From contig OZ249436.1 in NCBI GenBank assembly GCA_965235115.1, positions 40,674,001 through 40,738,000 on the forward strand: a stretch of DNA of 64,000 nucleotides, read 5' to 3'. This DNA comes from Laetmonice hystrix. Taxonomy: Eukaryota. Made by a program: the position numbers and the translations under genes. The notes below the pieces were generated by a model that was not told where the DNA came from, did no database searches, and worked only from the letters and a program-made list of their open reading frames with translations. Positions within the stretch are counted from its first letter, which is position 1. Every line of letters begins with the position of its first letter. This document shows positions 13,101 through 26,300 of this stretch, in pieces.

Positions 13101-16100
13101 GAATTTTTGTCAGTTACTTGCTGCAAAGTTGGTTGTCTCCGGGTACTCAAGTGCTGAGGTGTATAAAACCCAACATTCCGCATCAAAAATTTAAGATTTA
13201 CATTTTCATGAATGGCCTGTAAGTATCGGAATTATGGATATTTTATTACTTTTATCAGATATTTAGCAACATTATAATAACGATAGGATGATCAGCCAAC
13301 CTGCTGGCTCTTTGTCTTGCAAAACTGTGGGCACTAATCACAGCAGGACAGCATTATGGCATATATCACCATAACAGGTCCTAGATATATGTACTGTGCT
13401 CACTTCTGGGTCCAGTTTGTAACGGTCTGTCGTCTTTGGTAAAACTTCAGATCTTGCTTGATTGGCTGGTCTGCACATATCATGGCATATCACCAGATGG
13501 TCATAAATCTGTAGAGTGACATGTTGCCCTCTCTGCTGACCTTCTATTGCTGATGTCTGCTAGGGGACACATTCCAAGCACGGAAAGGATTAAATGCACC
13601 CTAGATGTGCCTCGATCGCCAACAGGCCAGGAAGACGATTGGTGGTGGCTGGAGTGTGGGGGTGGAGTGGTGGTACATGGTGGTGGTGGTGGTGGGGGGG
13701 CACTGGAATCCGTCTCTCCACACAGACTGGCTGTCCCCCAGACTACCAATAGGTTCCCGTGATTAAAAACCCCCGTGAAGATTGAGACAGGAATGGTTTA
13801 ACATGATCTGGCAGATCTTTCAGTGTTACTCGCCACCTGTCTGGAGGGTGCCGATACCAGCCGGAGACCCAGGCTGACGGCTGTCATTCCACAGCATTGT
13901 TTTCTGTAATTGGGCCCGAGGTGCTGGGTTTAGGGTTCGGAGGGGGAAGGGCAACTCTTCAGACAAGCACCAGGCACGGAACCCACTGGTATGCGAGAAA
14001 AAAAAACTTCCATTGAAATTGCTATATGTTGGTGGCAGACATTTCTGAGTAAATCAGATTTAAAGAGAGATAAAAACTTGTGTTTGCGCTGCGTCTCAGT
14101 TCAAAGGCTATGAAAACTAATGCTGCAGTTAGACGAGGCCTCTCCACACCAATTACTTTCAACTAAAGCCGAATCTGTACCGTACTTCTTTATAACACTG
14201 CAGCTGCGGAAAATAGCTTCTATCCTGTCTTCAGCACGCTCCGGCGTGCTTGACGAATTGCTTTGCCATGCTCTACACCTTATGATCTTTAAAGACGCCA
14301 TTTTAGTGATGATTTTAAACAAATCAGCCAGTTTCTTCACATACACTACCATCGTTATCCTGTCGTGCGTTAAAATCCCTATTGAAAATGCATTGGAGTT
14401 AACGATACGACAAGCTAACGACATAATGAGAAACGCACCCCAGTTCCACTAGGAGAGCAGGCGATTTGTTGGAGACTAGCACGAGACTGCCGCGTGCCAG
14501 TTTCCTAGTGGAACATACCCAACAAAAATTCAGTCGTGCGATTTTAGACGGGAGAACATCTTTTTGGCGGGAAATCGTGCACGACTAGAGCGCGACTATA
14601 GCTCGAGATCGAGACTCGCCAGTCTCCGAGTGGAACTGGGCCTTTAATTTACTCAGAACTGAAGATTCAGTCGATACGCTATGAAGAGCTTCTCTGATAC
14701 CTGCAGTAGGCCTATGTATGAGTTCTAGTTTCTTCGAAAGGTTCCTGAATATAATAAGTAATTCCGATCATAATCTCTCGAGTGATCTATATTTTAAGTT
14801 CTTTAGCATGATTGTTAAATCCCACTCACCGCCTTCTAAAACACCTCATGATGAGACACTTGTTGGTACCGTACTTTGTCAGTAAGCAACCTACTAAACT
14901 ACTCATTCACACTTTAATACCTTCTTGACCTAATTAGTGACAGCAGACGTAATTCATAGAACTGAATGCCTGCATTAAGACAGTGTTAACAATGTAGCAC
15001 TGGCTGTAAATGCTTATAATTACATAAATGTCACAAAGATGAGGCGGCAAAGTCTTTTGTTAAAAAGCTTTGGCATAGAAACCAGACACTTTGGCAAACC
15101 ATTACAACCAAAAACATGTTACTATCTATACGAATGTAACTTGAGAATAACGTGCTAAGATCTAAGATAAGCATCACTTACAGATATTCAGCACGGGTAT
15201 TTATCCTGTTCAATGGTTTATCTTATGTCGTTCTACCTTTTACAAATCATTATGGGATACACCTTCAAATTCTGTTTTTTTAAGAATTGCAAGTCAGGAC
15301 TGCATGAACGTAACGTAGGCCTACCGACGCATGACATGTCGGGCAGTTAGCGGCTATTTACATAATGATATGTGAACCAAACCTCCCGGCGTCCATATCT
15401 GCATCACCTTGACTACCAAAGGGCATGTGTGCACGTGCGCATAACAATGGTGAATGTTACCATCTTCTTAACATGCACAATTGGTATTCATTATTACATT
15501 TTATACTATGTAAATGCAAGACGACTGCTTATGGTAAAAAGAGGTGCTTGTTCACTTAGAAATTTGAAACACGATCATAATTTCGAAAAAGGTGATTTAG
15601 TTTTGCAAAGTAAAGCTGGGGTTTGAACTTTTCGGAAATACATGTTGTACTTCAAAACGTTGGAATCTGAGCCGTTTCAGAGACCCCAAAAAAAAGAAAA
15701 GAAAAAAAGCACGGGACATGCATGGTAGGCACTCCAACTCTACTGCACGCTTTTGACTCCATGGTAAGAATACGGCACCCCCCCCCCCCCCCCGTCCCCC
15801 ACGACCCATCTTTTGTCCATACAAGACTACAGAATGTTACCAGAACTTTGGGTCCCTCCTTTGATTGAATGGCCCCTTGCCTTGCCTCAAGTCCTTGATA
15901 TCCCCGCCCACTGGTCACTCTTCACTGCTCCTCACGCCGTGCACCATGACTGATACAACCGATAATATCCCTGATCAATCCTGTGTTGTCTGAACCCATA
16001 ATGTCAGCTGCCTGTAACTACCTGTACAATTAAATTAATTTATCTTACGGATATCGAAGCCGCACGGTCTTTATACCTTAGGCCCTAATTCTTATTTAAA

Positions 16101-16422
16101 AGTTACAAATGCCTCCAGCTCCTTGCTTTTAGAGAATCTGGGATCCGTAGGCATAGGCCATAGGCATTGGCATAGTTTTCTGAATTTTGCTTCAGTAGGC
16201 CTAATGTGCTAAAAATGCTTAATAGGCCTACCAGGTTATTTTTAAATGAGATAATAATAGCCTAGGGCTAGGCCTAGATACTCACCACAAAGTATGGTCA
16301 CATCCACTGCTCAACAGCTGCCCATAGGTCTTTAAAATCAATAAATCCATGAGCATGAGTATCAAAATTATCCATGTAGGCCTATAATTGGTATTGCTGC
16401 GAGTGGGACAAGAAATTCTCAT
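7151..16422 (-). CDS. METRNL: Meteorin-like secreted protein, first two coding exons (16422..16286 and 7542..7151); later exons not found in the window
   Basis: Exon 1 reads MRISCPTRSNTNYRPTWIILILMLMDLLILKTYGQLLSSGCDHTL, with a hydrophobic signal-peptide-like stretch; an in-frame ATG also exists at 16497. It ends TG|gtgagt (phase 2) and joins ctgcag|G GAT at 7542, giving W-DSTGEQGVWHVQAVCQDGLIDWKHPYGAVRVTF...LYIETVADTDSTAIGQVQIAYDL. This resembles the meteorin/METRNL motif 'C..G.VEW.YP.GAL.V.L'. Exon 2 ends G|gttagt at 7151. Confidence 0.75.
14438..14642. mobile_element. Decayed MITE in the METRNL intron
   Basis: Imperfect inverted ends CCCAGTTCCACTAGGAGA...TCTCCGAGTGGAACTGGG. Confidence 0.5.
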
Positions 16423-16499
16423 CCTTCCTTTTGTCTTTCCAAAGTTTTTGGCTTGAGATCCAAGGCCAACCAGCAGTTGGTAAACTTGTCCTGCCATAT

Positions 16500-17383
16500 G
16501 GAAGGACAGTTTTCCTCCAGTTCAAATGTTTAACACAGTCGGTATAGAAGGCGCTCTTGTTCCATCAAATGTCATCCTCTCCATCATTATCCTTGATCGA
16601 AGTCTATCAAACATTTCTCAATCTTTCAATGGGGTAGCCTCTCACTTCTAAATGTCGACATTTTACCAATGACACTGAGATCCTGAGCCAGCAGGTTGGC
16701 GCTGACGCCCTGAGTCGTGCAGCTCAGCTCTGACTCTGAGTGACTCCGCTCAAGTTGACGACTCGGCGGGGAAGGACTGTTTCCGAGCAGTCACTGACTG
16801 ACAGGAACACCGACAAGTCGAAGTGTGCCCGCTGAATGAATTACTGTGACATTTTGGTGGTTGACACGCGCTGCTGACGCTCGCGACCTGACGAGTTGGT
16901 GTCACGTGTGGGACACATCGCGGCCACATTCTCTCCAGAGTCAAACTCGGGGTGACTGGATCAATCACTTCAAGTGTTGTCGTCCAGTGTGTGAAGGCCT
17001 ACCTATCAGTTCATAATGTAGGCCTATCACTGAGGAGATACGGCACTCAAGTCCAGTTGGGAAGTTCTTCTTGGTCAAGCAGACACTTGTGACTTCCTTT
17101 GAAATTAAAGCAATGTCAGTTGTAATGCCTACGTAAAAGTAAAACAAGATCGACCCGTATAAGTTGCCCCACAGATACGAAGCAAGTTTTATAGGCCTAC
17201 AACTCACTGGCACGGTCTGTGATCTGCCACCGTGGCCACTCCCCCTTCCCATGCATGGCCTGGGCCGACCACGATGTAAACAAGGTCACGTGACGGTACA
17301 AGATGGCAGCGCCCATGTCGACAACAAGGCATGCTGCCCACCGTACAACGGGTGACATGAACGGGTATTGACAGCGTTCTCAG
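16500..17383. promoter_or_regulatory. Putative bidirectional promoter between METRNL and QTGAL
   Basis: The divergent start codons are under 1 kb apart and the region is CpG-rich. It contains a palindromic GTCACGTGAC E-box/CLEAR-type site at 17285-17294 and a YY1-like AAGATGGC near 17300. Confidence 0.55.
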
Positions 17384-20300
17384 ATGTCGCAAGTGGTTAG
17401 TAGATAGATATTCGATTAATTTTTGTATTTATAGTATTTAGGGGAGATGTATATCAAATTTAAAGACGTACTACGATACTCAGCATCGCCACACTACATT
17501 GCGGCTACGCTGATCACCCCGCCGTCCCCGGTCTGTGCAGCTTCCGTGGCGCCTAGCCCTAGTTCTACGTGTGTGGTGAAGTTTATACCTGTGGCTGTGC
17601 TAGCAGTAAAATATAAACTGACAGTGCAGATGCAGTAAGAGTACCCTCACCCTCAGAGAATGAGGGGGGGGGGGGGGTCGAGTCGAAACGGGCTGAGCCT
17701 GAGGAAATAAATTAGGCCTACCGGACTCGGATTGCATGACCTAAATTTGCCGACGCGTGGGGACTGCAAAAGCGACATCTGGTGTTTCATATCGCAGATC
17801 TGTGTCTCTTGCAGGCACACCACCAGTCAGTGTGAGGCCCCACTTGGATTATAAATGGAAAGGAACATATTAAACCGCTGCTTTTTCCGCTTAGAGATTG
17901 AAATGAAGAGTCAGAGTGAATTCATACCGTACTGGTCTCAATTTAACACTGTCCATGATCCCCTACAGCTCTACAGCCTGACACAATCCCTCTGCACCAA
18001 CCTTCTGTCACATATCTTATCAGGCGCGAACAATTCACAGTCATATGCACCAGACCGCCATACCCCTGAATTACTAAGTGTTGACTTTTGGTTATTGTAG
18101 GCCTGCCTTATTATCTTATTGGACCAAACAATTGTCTTAGAAATGGTCTAAGGCTCTTTGCCTACCCCACATAGATACCTTCATAATGGAAAATGTCGAT
18201 TTTCCTCAAAGTCGCAAGCATGGTAGTTTCAAGAGCTCCAACAAGATAACTAGGTTTTAGATGTTGCAAACTTAAACCTTCCAACAGTGAAGAAAATAAA
18301 CTATCCGCAGTGCTGACAGGTCCATGGAGTCGTGACCAGCTGGTGGCCAACTTCCAGCCACATAGGGGCCTATATCTATACTACAATAGGGTAGAGATAT
18401 CAGGGGCGGATCCAGAATGGCTAGGGACCGGTGGGTAGGGTGGGGGCACATGGGTATGTCAATGAATACCATCAGTTTGAATGTCACATTCATGTATATT
18501 ATGTCTATGCAGTCATTTTAGTTTATACAGGATGCCCCAAAAGTTACTCTACAATAAAGTTTTTATTATTAGGTATATTATATATTAAATATTTCTGGGC
18601 TCAGTAAATTTTAGGACACTCTTTTATAATAGTTTAACAGTGCTGCTCTTTTACCAGTGCTGGTTGCTTTACATAATACACGTACAGATGTCTCAAAATT
18701 GATTGGATAGGGAGCCTATATGCATTCAGTTTGGAGACACCCAGTACACTTATTAGGGGTGAGTATAAAATGGAGGTGGGGGGGGGGCGACCTGCCTCCT
18801 GCTACCCTGTAGAGGCGGATCCGGGTGTGTGTGTGTGTGGGGGGGGGGTCGACCGTTTTCCAGAAACCAGTCGAAGGTTTTATACCCCCCCCCCCCCCCA
18901 AATAACTAGAATGTCTTTAAGTACACAATTATTTAATAAAATGTAGATTTTCCAGACATTATTTTCAGTCTTATTTTCAGTAATTTCCTTGCCTAAAACA
19001 CAATATTTAAGCATTCCAATTTTTCATTTTCTTTCTGGGGAAAACCACTCAGGAAACAGCTCTGGATCCGCGCCTGCTGTCCCTGACTATCCAAGTCGGA
19101 CAAGTCAGACCAAAGTTTTGAAAAGCTGAAGGTGCAAAAATTGCGTCTTTTACCCAGGACGGCCATGGAGCTGGTGTTAGGCCTATAGAAAGGAAACCTC
19201 GACTATAAACCAACAGGTGGTAAAATGTTACACTTCCCTATGTCCGCCAAGATCTGACCCGGTGGATACCTCCCGCTGAGGGCCATGTTTGAAGCCTTAA
19301 TGAACTGCACTTCCCGGAGAAGTGTCAAACGGCCCGCATGGACAGCCCTGATGGGTTGTCTGGGCACTGGGCTGAGAGGACCTCAGTAGACCAGCCAAAC
19401 GTGGGACAAGTGAATGACATGGGTCGTTCTTGGTCTGGACGGCGGCCTCATCTACCTTCACTCAACCGCAACATCAGCGGCAAAATGTAAAGCAGCAAAA
19501 TCTAGTGGCAAATGGCGAATTGATGAACTCCTTAATGCACCGGCTGGCTATGGACAGGACAACACGGGCAAATATCCCTTGGTGATCTTTTGGTGTTTCA
19601 TTGGGAGATGAAAAGAAGTACTGATCAAAGCGAAGCACTTTGAATTTTAAAATGCTCTCATAATAATTTCCCAGGGACTCAGTTATAAAGCAGTGTGACA
19701 GTCTTGATTTCAGTTCTGATTTGGGACTTTAAACTTACAGCATATTTGCAAAATGGTACGAATTATAAAGGAAGCTAGCGAGAGGAAGTTAGGAAGAAAG
19801 TGGAGAGGTAGGCAGATGTTTAAGGCCAGACATGGAGAAATTCTGAATCTTAAAAATAGTTAATTTATTTGTCTTTTCTGAGATACCACTAACCAGTTAC
19901 TTCATTTGCTGTAAATCTTGACGTTAATAAATGTTATGTTAATAAATAAGTAAATAAGTTAATAAATTATGTTAATAAATAAGTACACTTAAATTATGAA
20001 ATTTGGGCTTCAAATTATGGATCTATTGCTTCCACTTTAGAGCATCATACTCCCCGTGCACAATGCTGAGGCGTGGGTCTCCGAGTGCCTGCAGTCAGTC
20101 TATAACCAGACCTTCACAGCAGACTTACAACTCTCTGTATACAACGACTGCAGTACGGTAAGTACCGGCATTCCGTAATTAGGGGGGGGGGGTAGGGGGG
20201 ATTAAGCCCCCCAATATTGGTAGTGCCTAATAATTAGCCTATTTTACTAAGTAGAAAGTTAGACTTTGTTCGCCTAGCCCTCTCAATACTCCAATGCAAA

Positions 20301-23300
20301 TTGTCTAGCTCCTTCAATAATTTGATGGAAATTACAGGGCTGACCAGGGTTGTGTTATAACTGTTAACTCGATCTATAAAAGATCAAGCGTTAGTATCAC
20401 TACTAGTTAGGTTAGTTTGCCTGACCTATTCCACCATTTATTATGCAAGAAATACGTGTTGAATTAACAGTGCTAGTTCTATGTGAAGCAATAAATACTG
20501 GAAGTAGAAAAACAAGTAAAAACCGGCTTTATTGTACTTAACCATGGTTTCAAAGTACCCCATGAGTCTTTAACAGTAGTTAACGTGTTCTAGACGACTT
20601 AAACCATAACCACTTGCTGTGATTTTAATTAAACTACACCTTTGAGGACGGGAGTTTTTCTTGTTGCTATTGAAACCTTTAATAGAAACGCACAGTAGGG
20701 TACTGGTGGAGATGAGCTAGTCATTTGTGATAACTCACTGTCATGAGACTAGAACCTCCCATCGGCTGTCTACTACCATGTGTCTGTATTACCATAGTAT
20801 ATTGTCTGTAGTCTACGGGTAATGCATTATTAATTCAGTTAGATGTTCGGGAGACAAGTGCCCATTCGCCCTCACTGCAGCCCTGAGATTTGAGACATTG
20901 TATTATTGGTAAGGAGGGGCGATTGAGCTCCCAGGAGGCAGAGGGAAAGGGGGAATGACGAAAGAAAGAGGAAAAGGAAACACGATGACAAGGAAAGAAG
21001 AGAACTCGGCCCATTCAAAACAAGAGTATTGTAGTAAAAGTACAACATGTAGTAAGAAACAGTTTGGGGGTGGCTGTTTACATCTTTTAGGCTTGAGACT
21101 AGCTTTGCAGTTATTCTGGTCTTTACCATTTTGTTTGTTCAGCATTAAAACTTTCTAAACGTTTTTCTCCCTGCAAACAGTTCATTTAGTATTCTCTAAG
21201 CAAATCAGTGCTTTTCTGTATGTACTTGTCTGTATGTCGGTAATTAGTACACAAATAGTAGTGTGATATACGGGAGGCTCAGTCTATCGTATGATCAAAG
21301 CAAAAAACCACAAAAAGCAGGAACTGATACCCTAGATATCTGGGCGTTTTTTCCCCTTCTAAAGTGCATCTGGTGAGGAAAGGTTAATGTCAAAACAACA
21401 ATACAATACACACACGATATTCGGGAATGGGCATTTATCAAAGGGCGTCAGTGCCGCGGCAGGAATCAAGCGTTTGTTCCGTGTGACAAAGGTAGACATA
21501 GGGGGAGCGTGCGGGAGAGACGCCGTGTTGTGGGGCTTGGAGAGTGTAGAATGTGACACCCACCAGGGTGCTAAGGGTCCTCCCTCTGCTCACATAGATA
21601 CCGTCATTTCTTCCCGTCTTTTCAAATCCGGACTGTGTCCCTGCATGCAGCAATCTCCCGTCTTTCATCGGAGGCGTTGATGAAAGAGCGGGACCCAGCG
21701 CCGCAGTTGTCGAGCCCAGTGGGGAGGATTGCAGGTTGTTCGAGTACAGGTGTTGGAGGTGTGTGGTTGCTCCAGATGGTGCTCTGATGAAACCATGTGG
21801 GCTCACCTTTATCAGGTGCCCCACTGTTGTAATGCGATAGGCCAGCACGGCAAGAGGTCCTCAGCCATTGGGCTCTTATTGGTATGCCTATTTAGTTTAA
21901 TAGACTGGATTAGAATGTTGGTGGCTGTTTGAACTTTTTGTCTGTCAGAGAATGAGGGTGTCCAACACTACATTTTGTGATCATTCGGTATTACACCCCT
22001 CAGTGATAAAATGAAAGGCAAAGAACATTTCGGCATTGTATGTCCATCAGTAGCAATTTCCAGCAGGGTTATTCGTTGCAGTGGTGTGACATTGTTCACG
22101 CCATTTCTTACCAAATGGTTGGCACGTGTTCGGTCTTGTACAGATAGAAGCACATTGATAACATTTGTTTCAATATTAGAAATTATAATTCAGGTATGTT
22201 GTAACTCGGTATAGATCTTTGTGCCATGACCCCTTTTTTCTTGGGCGCATTATTAGAAAATTGAATTCTTTAAAGAAATATCATCTGGTCATTAAAATTT
22301 CTTTTCAATCACTATTTCCTTCAAGAAAACAGTTCAAGTACGGTAGTGTATTGGAATACGCCTGTTGTGACCCGATTTTCCCCAAAGGTCACCATTGACG
22401 CCCTCATATAGGTTTGCAGCCGCAGGACTCGCCTACTTCACCACACTATACAAACACACCACAAGTTTCCAATTAGAATCCAGTGCCCCGAGTAACCTTG
22501 GGGCATTCACGTAGAACGTCATAACCAGCGACAGACGACCAAATCACATGGTCAGTTGGTTGGATGCACACGGCGCACACAGTCGTACGACGTCGGACTG
22601 GTCGCATTTATCCTGGATAGCCATCAGGCCGAGGGGTGGGGGGCTCCTCTCCAGGCTGTCACGTTCGCTTGGAGTGTCGATCACTTTCCGGCGATGACCA
22701 CTGATTTATAGGCCAACATAAGTTTTCCACCTGCAATCGGAGGATCTAGCCGGACAGTGCAACGTGTAGGCAAGGAGAGAGTAACGTATCATAATTTTAG
22801 AAAACGGGGCAAAGTTCCTCCCATCAGTCGCGAGCCGCAGGGGTGCTAAACCAAAAAAAATTATGAAAATGGAAGTGCCAATACACGTTTTCCTTTCATA
22901 TGAAACAAAATCCAAGGTCAAAGGCTTATACATGTATAAGTAACGGTGACATTCCAAGTATAGCTACTCCCTGTCTAGCTCGGTCTTCTGCCTGCCCCAA
23001 CCAGCCCCTCCTGTAAATCCTCCTCAAAGGACCTGTTCGGGGTACTAGCCATGTGGTTGTCCAATACGCCCAGAATATATCCATTTGACATGTGTCCCAA
23101 TTCCCAACGTGTTGTTTTTAATTTTACAAACCAGCTGGAGGGCGGTTGGAGCACCCAATATTTATATTGGAATTGCATGGTGGTGTCAACATTCATAGGA
23201 GCGTCCGAATGACGTACAGTAATTGGTGAATTCATGGTCAACGAAAGCTTGCTAAAGTCTTTTCTTAGTCCTGCTCAGTTGTGAAGTATATCTACAACGG

Positions 23301-26300
23301 CTTTAATAGATCTAGGTGAGTTGTATCCAATGGCTTTTCGATGTTTATGTCCTAAAAAAAAGATTGATCCGATGCTAACTTCAGGTGAAGGCGTGGACAC
23401 GTCCTTTCCATTGAAGTCTACGTCTATGTCCTTACTACTTTCCCTTCATCACCTACCGCGCAGCAAAGTCTGACATTGTAGCGTTCAAACAGCTTCGATA
23501 GAGACGCTGTCTATCCTATGTTTCACATGTCCCAGCCCACCTAAAAATAATTTAGCGGGATTGTGATTATGGACATTTTGGGCCCCTTTTGGTCTGTTTC
23601 AATGCTGCATGGCCCAGAGTTATGACTGAGGAGGCCCTTTTGGGCCCGATGTAACTCTTACGTACAATATAGGAAGCTTTTTAAAAAGAATTTTGTTGGA
23701 CTCCTGGTTTCAAGGTCCAAATAATGCATCTTTTTAAAAAAAAGGGGGGGAGGAAAATTTAAGGGGGGGTCCCCTTGGGCCCCCTGGATCCTCCAGTGCA
23801 AACCAGAACATTGATCTAAGCTGATTGGCCAATGAATGAACGGCAAAAGACTCCATCATGAGCTCCCAATCCGAAAGCGCCACGTGTCACGAATATATGG
23901 CTCCACCCCCACAAATGTTGGGGAACGAGAAGGGTTTCTGTTTGACCCGTGGGTCGCTACGGAAACATATCCATTAACGTCCTTCGCGTGCTTAAAAATG
24001 ATTGATATTTTACGATCGGTACTTTGTAAATTTAATGACGTCACTGACAGCGTCAACATGATCCATACGACACGTTAAGTATCACTTACTGGAAGCGGGT
24101 GATCTTCCCCAGGGCGGTTCTCTGCCGGACCACTGAGATCATCACCTATCGTTTTTCACGACCTCTCACTGTGTCCAGGGTACCAAGGCCGTACACTTGT
24201 CGTTCTGATCTGTCAAGATATCCTACACAGGAGGGCGGGCGGTCCTGGCCCAGTATACTTGGAATGGGTGATATATTAGTACATGTATGTCAGAGACAAC
24301 AGCACAATTGGACCAAATCGGCCTGTCAAAAGTGAAATCCAACATTTTTAAAAGGTCGGGGACATGAAATAACGCCTAAGGCCTGTCGTAGTAAACCACC
24401 AGCTGAGTTTTTGTAAAATTCCATAAGCTGAAATTACTAAGCACATACTATTACAGGTATACTATAAATTTGCCGCACTTTTTGAGCGTCAAACTTGGGA
24501 CGTCCCAGGCTGATCGCCCTGATGATATGTCCGGAGAGAAACGTGTACACAGAAAGGTGTTACTGCTGTCGTGCTGATTGTCAGGTCCTACTTCAGTCGA
24601 GCTCAGCAGCCGTTGGCAATATGGATAGAGCATAGAGTCTATATTGAATATAGACTCTATGGATAGAGCTCCTGGTTCCAAGGGCAGACCAAAGGGTGCT
24701 CCCATCGGGATTCTCATTGTGGGCAGGCAAACTTGCCGATGATGTAGTGGTCACCTCATTAGACCCGAGAGTGGTCAGCTGGTCAAGAAGCGGGCAAGGC
24801 CACTTGACCGGGACGTTTTCCAATGTATGGGTGCCAGGTGGTCATCTTCAGACCCTGTCAGCCTTGGTGTCCGTAATTAAATTAACATCCAGATTAAAGA
24901 CATGGCGGCTTCCACCGGTCCTTTGATCAGAATTAGTAATTACTATCAGATCAGGCATACATTCTCCAGCGTCCTCGCCGATCTGTTGACAGACCTGGGC
25001 CTGCGTGATCAACCCAAAGGTGATTTGTCACATTTCACTAAATGATGTATCTATCACTATTATAATAGTGAGTCCCCCTGGCTGCCTTAGGGTAAGTTTG
25101 TGTTGTTGTGGGCCAGGCTGTGCTGAGGGTCTCCTATATACATGAGGGCTTCTTGTGACCTACTTCATGTTGAGGGGAGTCTGAAGTGTCACTGCTGCTC
25201 GTAGATTGAAGTAAAGTAATGGAGCAAGAGCGGGGTCGAGAATTTCCAGGAATGGACTTGGAAGGAAATCCACAAGAGGATGATGTAGAGTTAGCACTTG
25301 AAACAAGGGTCTGGTTCCATGAGAAGGGGCCTCTCGTATCTTCGACCCCCCCCCCCCCCCCCACCCACCCCGAGGGGGGATTGGGTCCACTCTGCGGCAA
25401 AGCTTTTAGTACGAACCACTTATGATGAAATGGTCGATTTTATTTGAAAAAGGAAAGGGAAAAACAGATAAAATACAAACACATGTATCGATTTATTCCA
25501 AGTAAGTGTCCCACAGTCGGCACTTTGCATGACTCACAGAGTAAGACGGCATGTGATAAATCTGGTGACTTTCTTTTTCGGGATGTTTGCGAAAAAGAAA
25601 TGTAAAGTTTTATGTTGGTTAATATTAGAATAGTATTAGTAATAGCTAGCGCTGGATGTATCCGTCTGCAGCAAGCATTCCATGACAAATGCTCACAAGA
25701 CAAATGCTCACAAGACAATTGCTCACAAGACAATTGCTCACAAGACAGATGCTCACAAGACAAATGCTCACAACACTGAAAGAAAAAGAGACAAATGCTC
25801 AGAAATTGTTTTATAATCTATAAAAAATGATAGTATAGTTCTATCACACCTAATCCTAACCCTAACCCTAACCCAAACCTTTATGTGACATGCAACAGAA
25901 TGTTCAGCTGATGTTTTTCCCTTTTTTCTTGTTGAAAAATAAAGATTGTAAAACAATTTGTGAGCATTTGTCTCTTTTTCTGCTAGTGTTGTGAGCATTT
26001 GTCTTGTAAGCATTTGTCTGCACACCGCAGCGATTGCTTGTGTGAGCAATGAAACATGATTGTGGTGTAATTATCTCTGGATTGATACAGATTTCTGATT
26101 GACTGCTGATACTGACTTGATGTAGGACGGGAGTGGGCTGATTGTAGAGGACTGGATGTATCCGTCTGCAGCAAGGGCTGGTGTGGGCAATGAAACATGA
26201 TTATGGTGTAATTATCTCCGGATTGATACAGATTTCTGATTGACTGCTGATACTGACTTGATGTAGGACGGGAGTGGGCTGATTGTAGAGGACTGGATGT

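Noticed and set aside
21438..21960. 136-aa minus-strand ORF with LAYRITT and upstream KVQTATNIL, faintly like a Gypsy integrase tail
   Set aside because: It is too degenerate to call by eye, and I found no other retroelement motifs or LTRs. tBLASTn would settle it.
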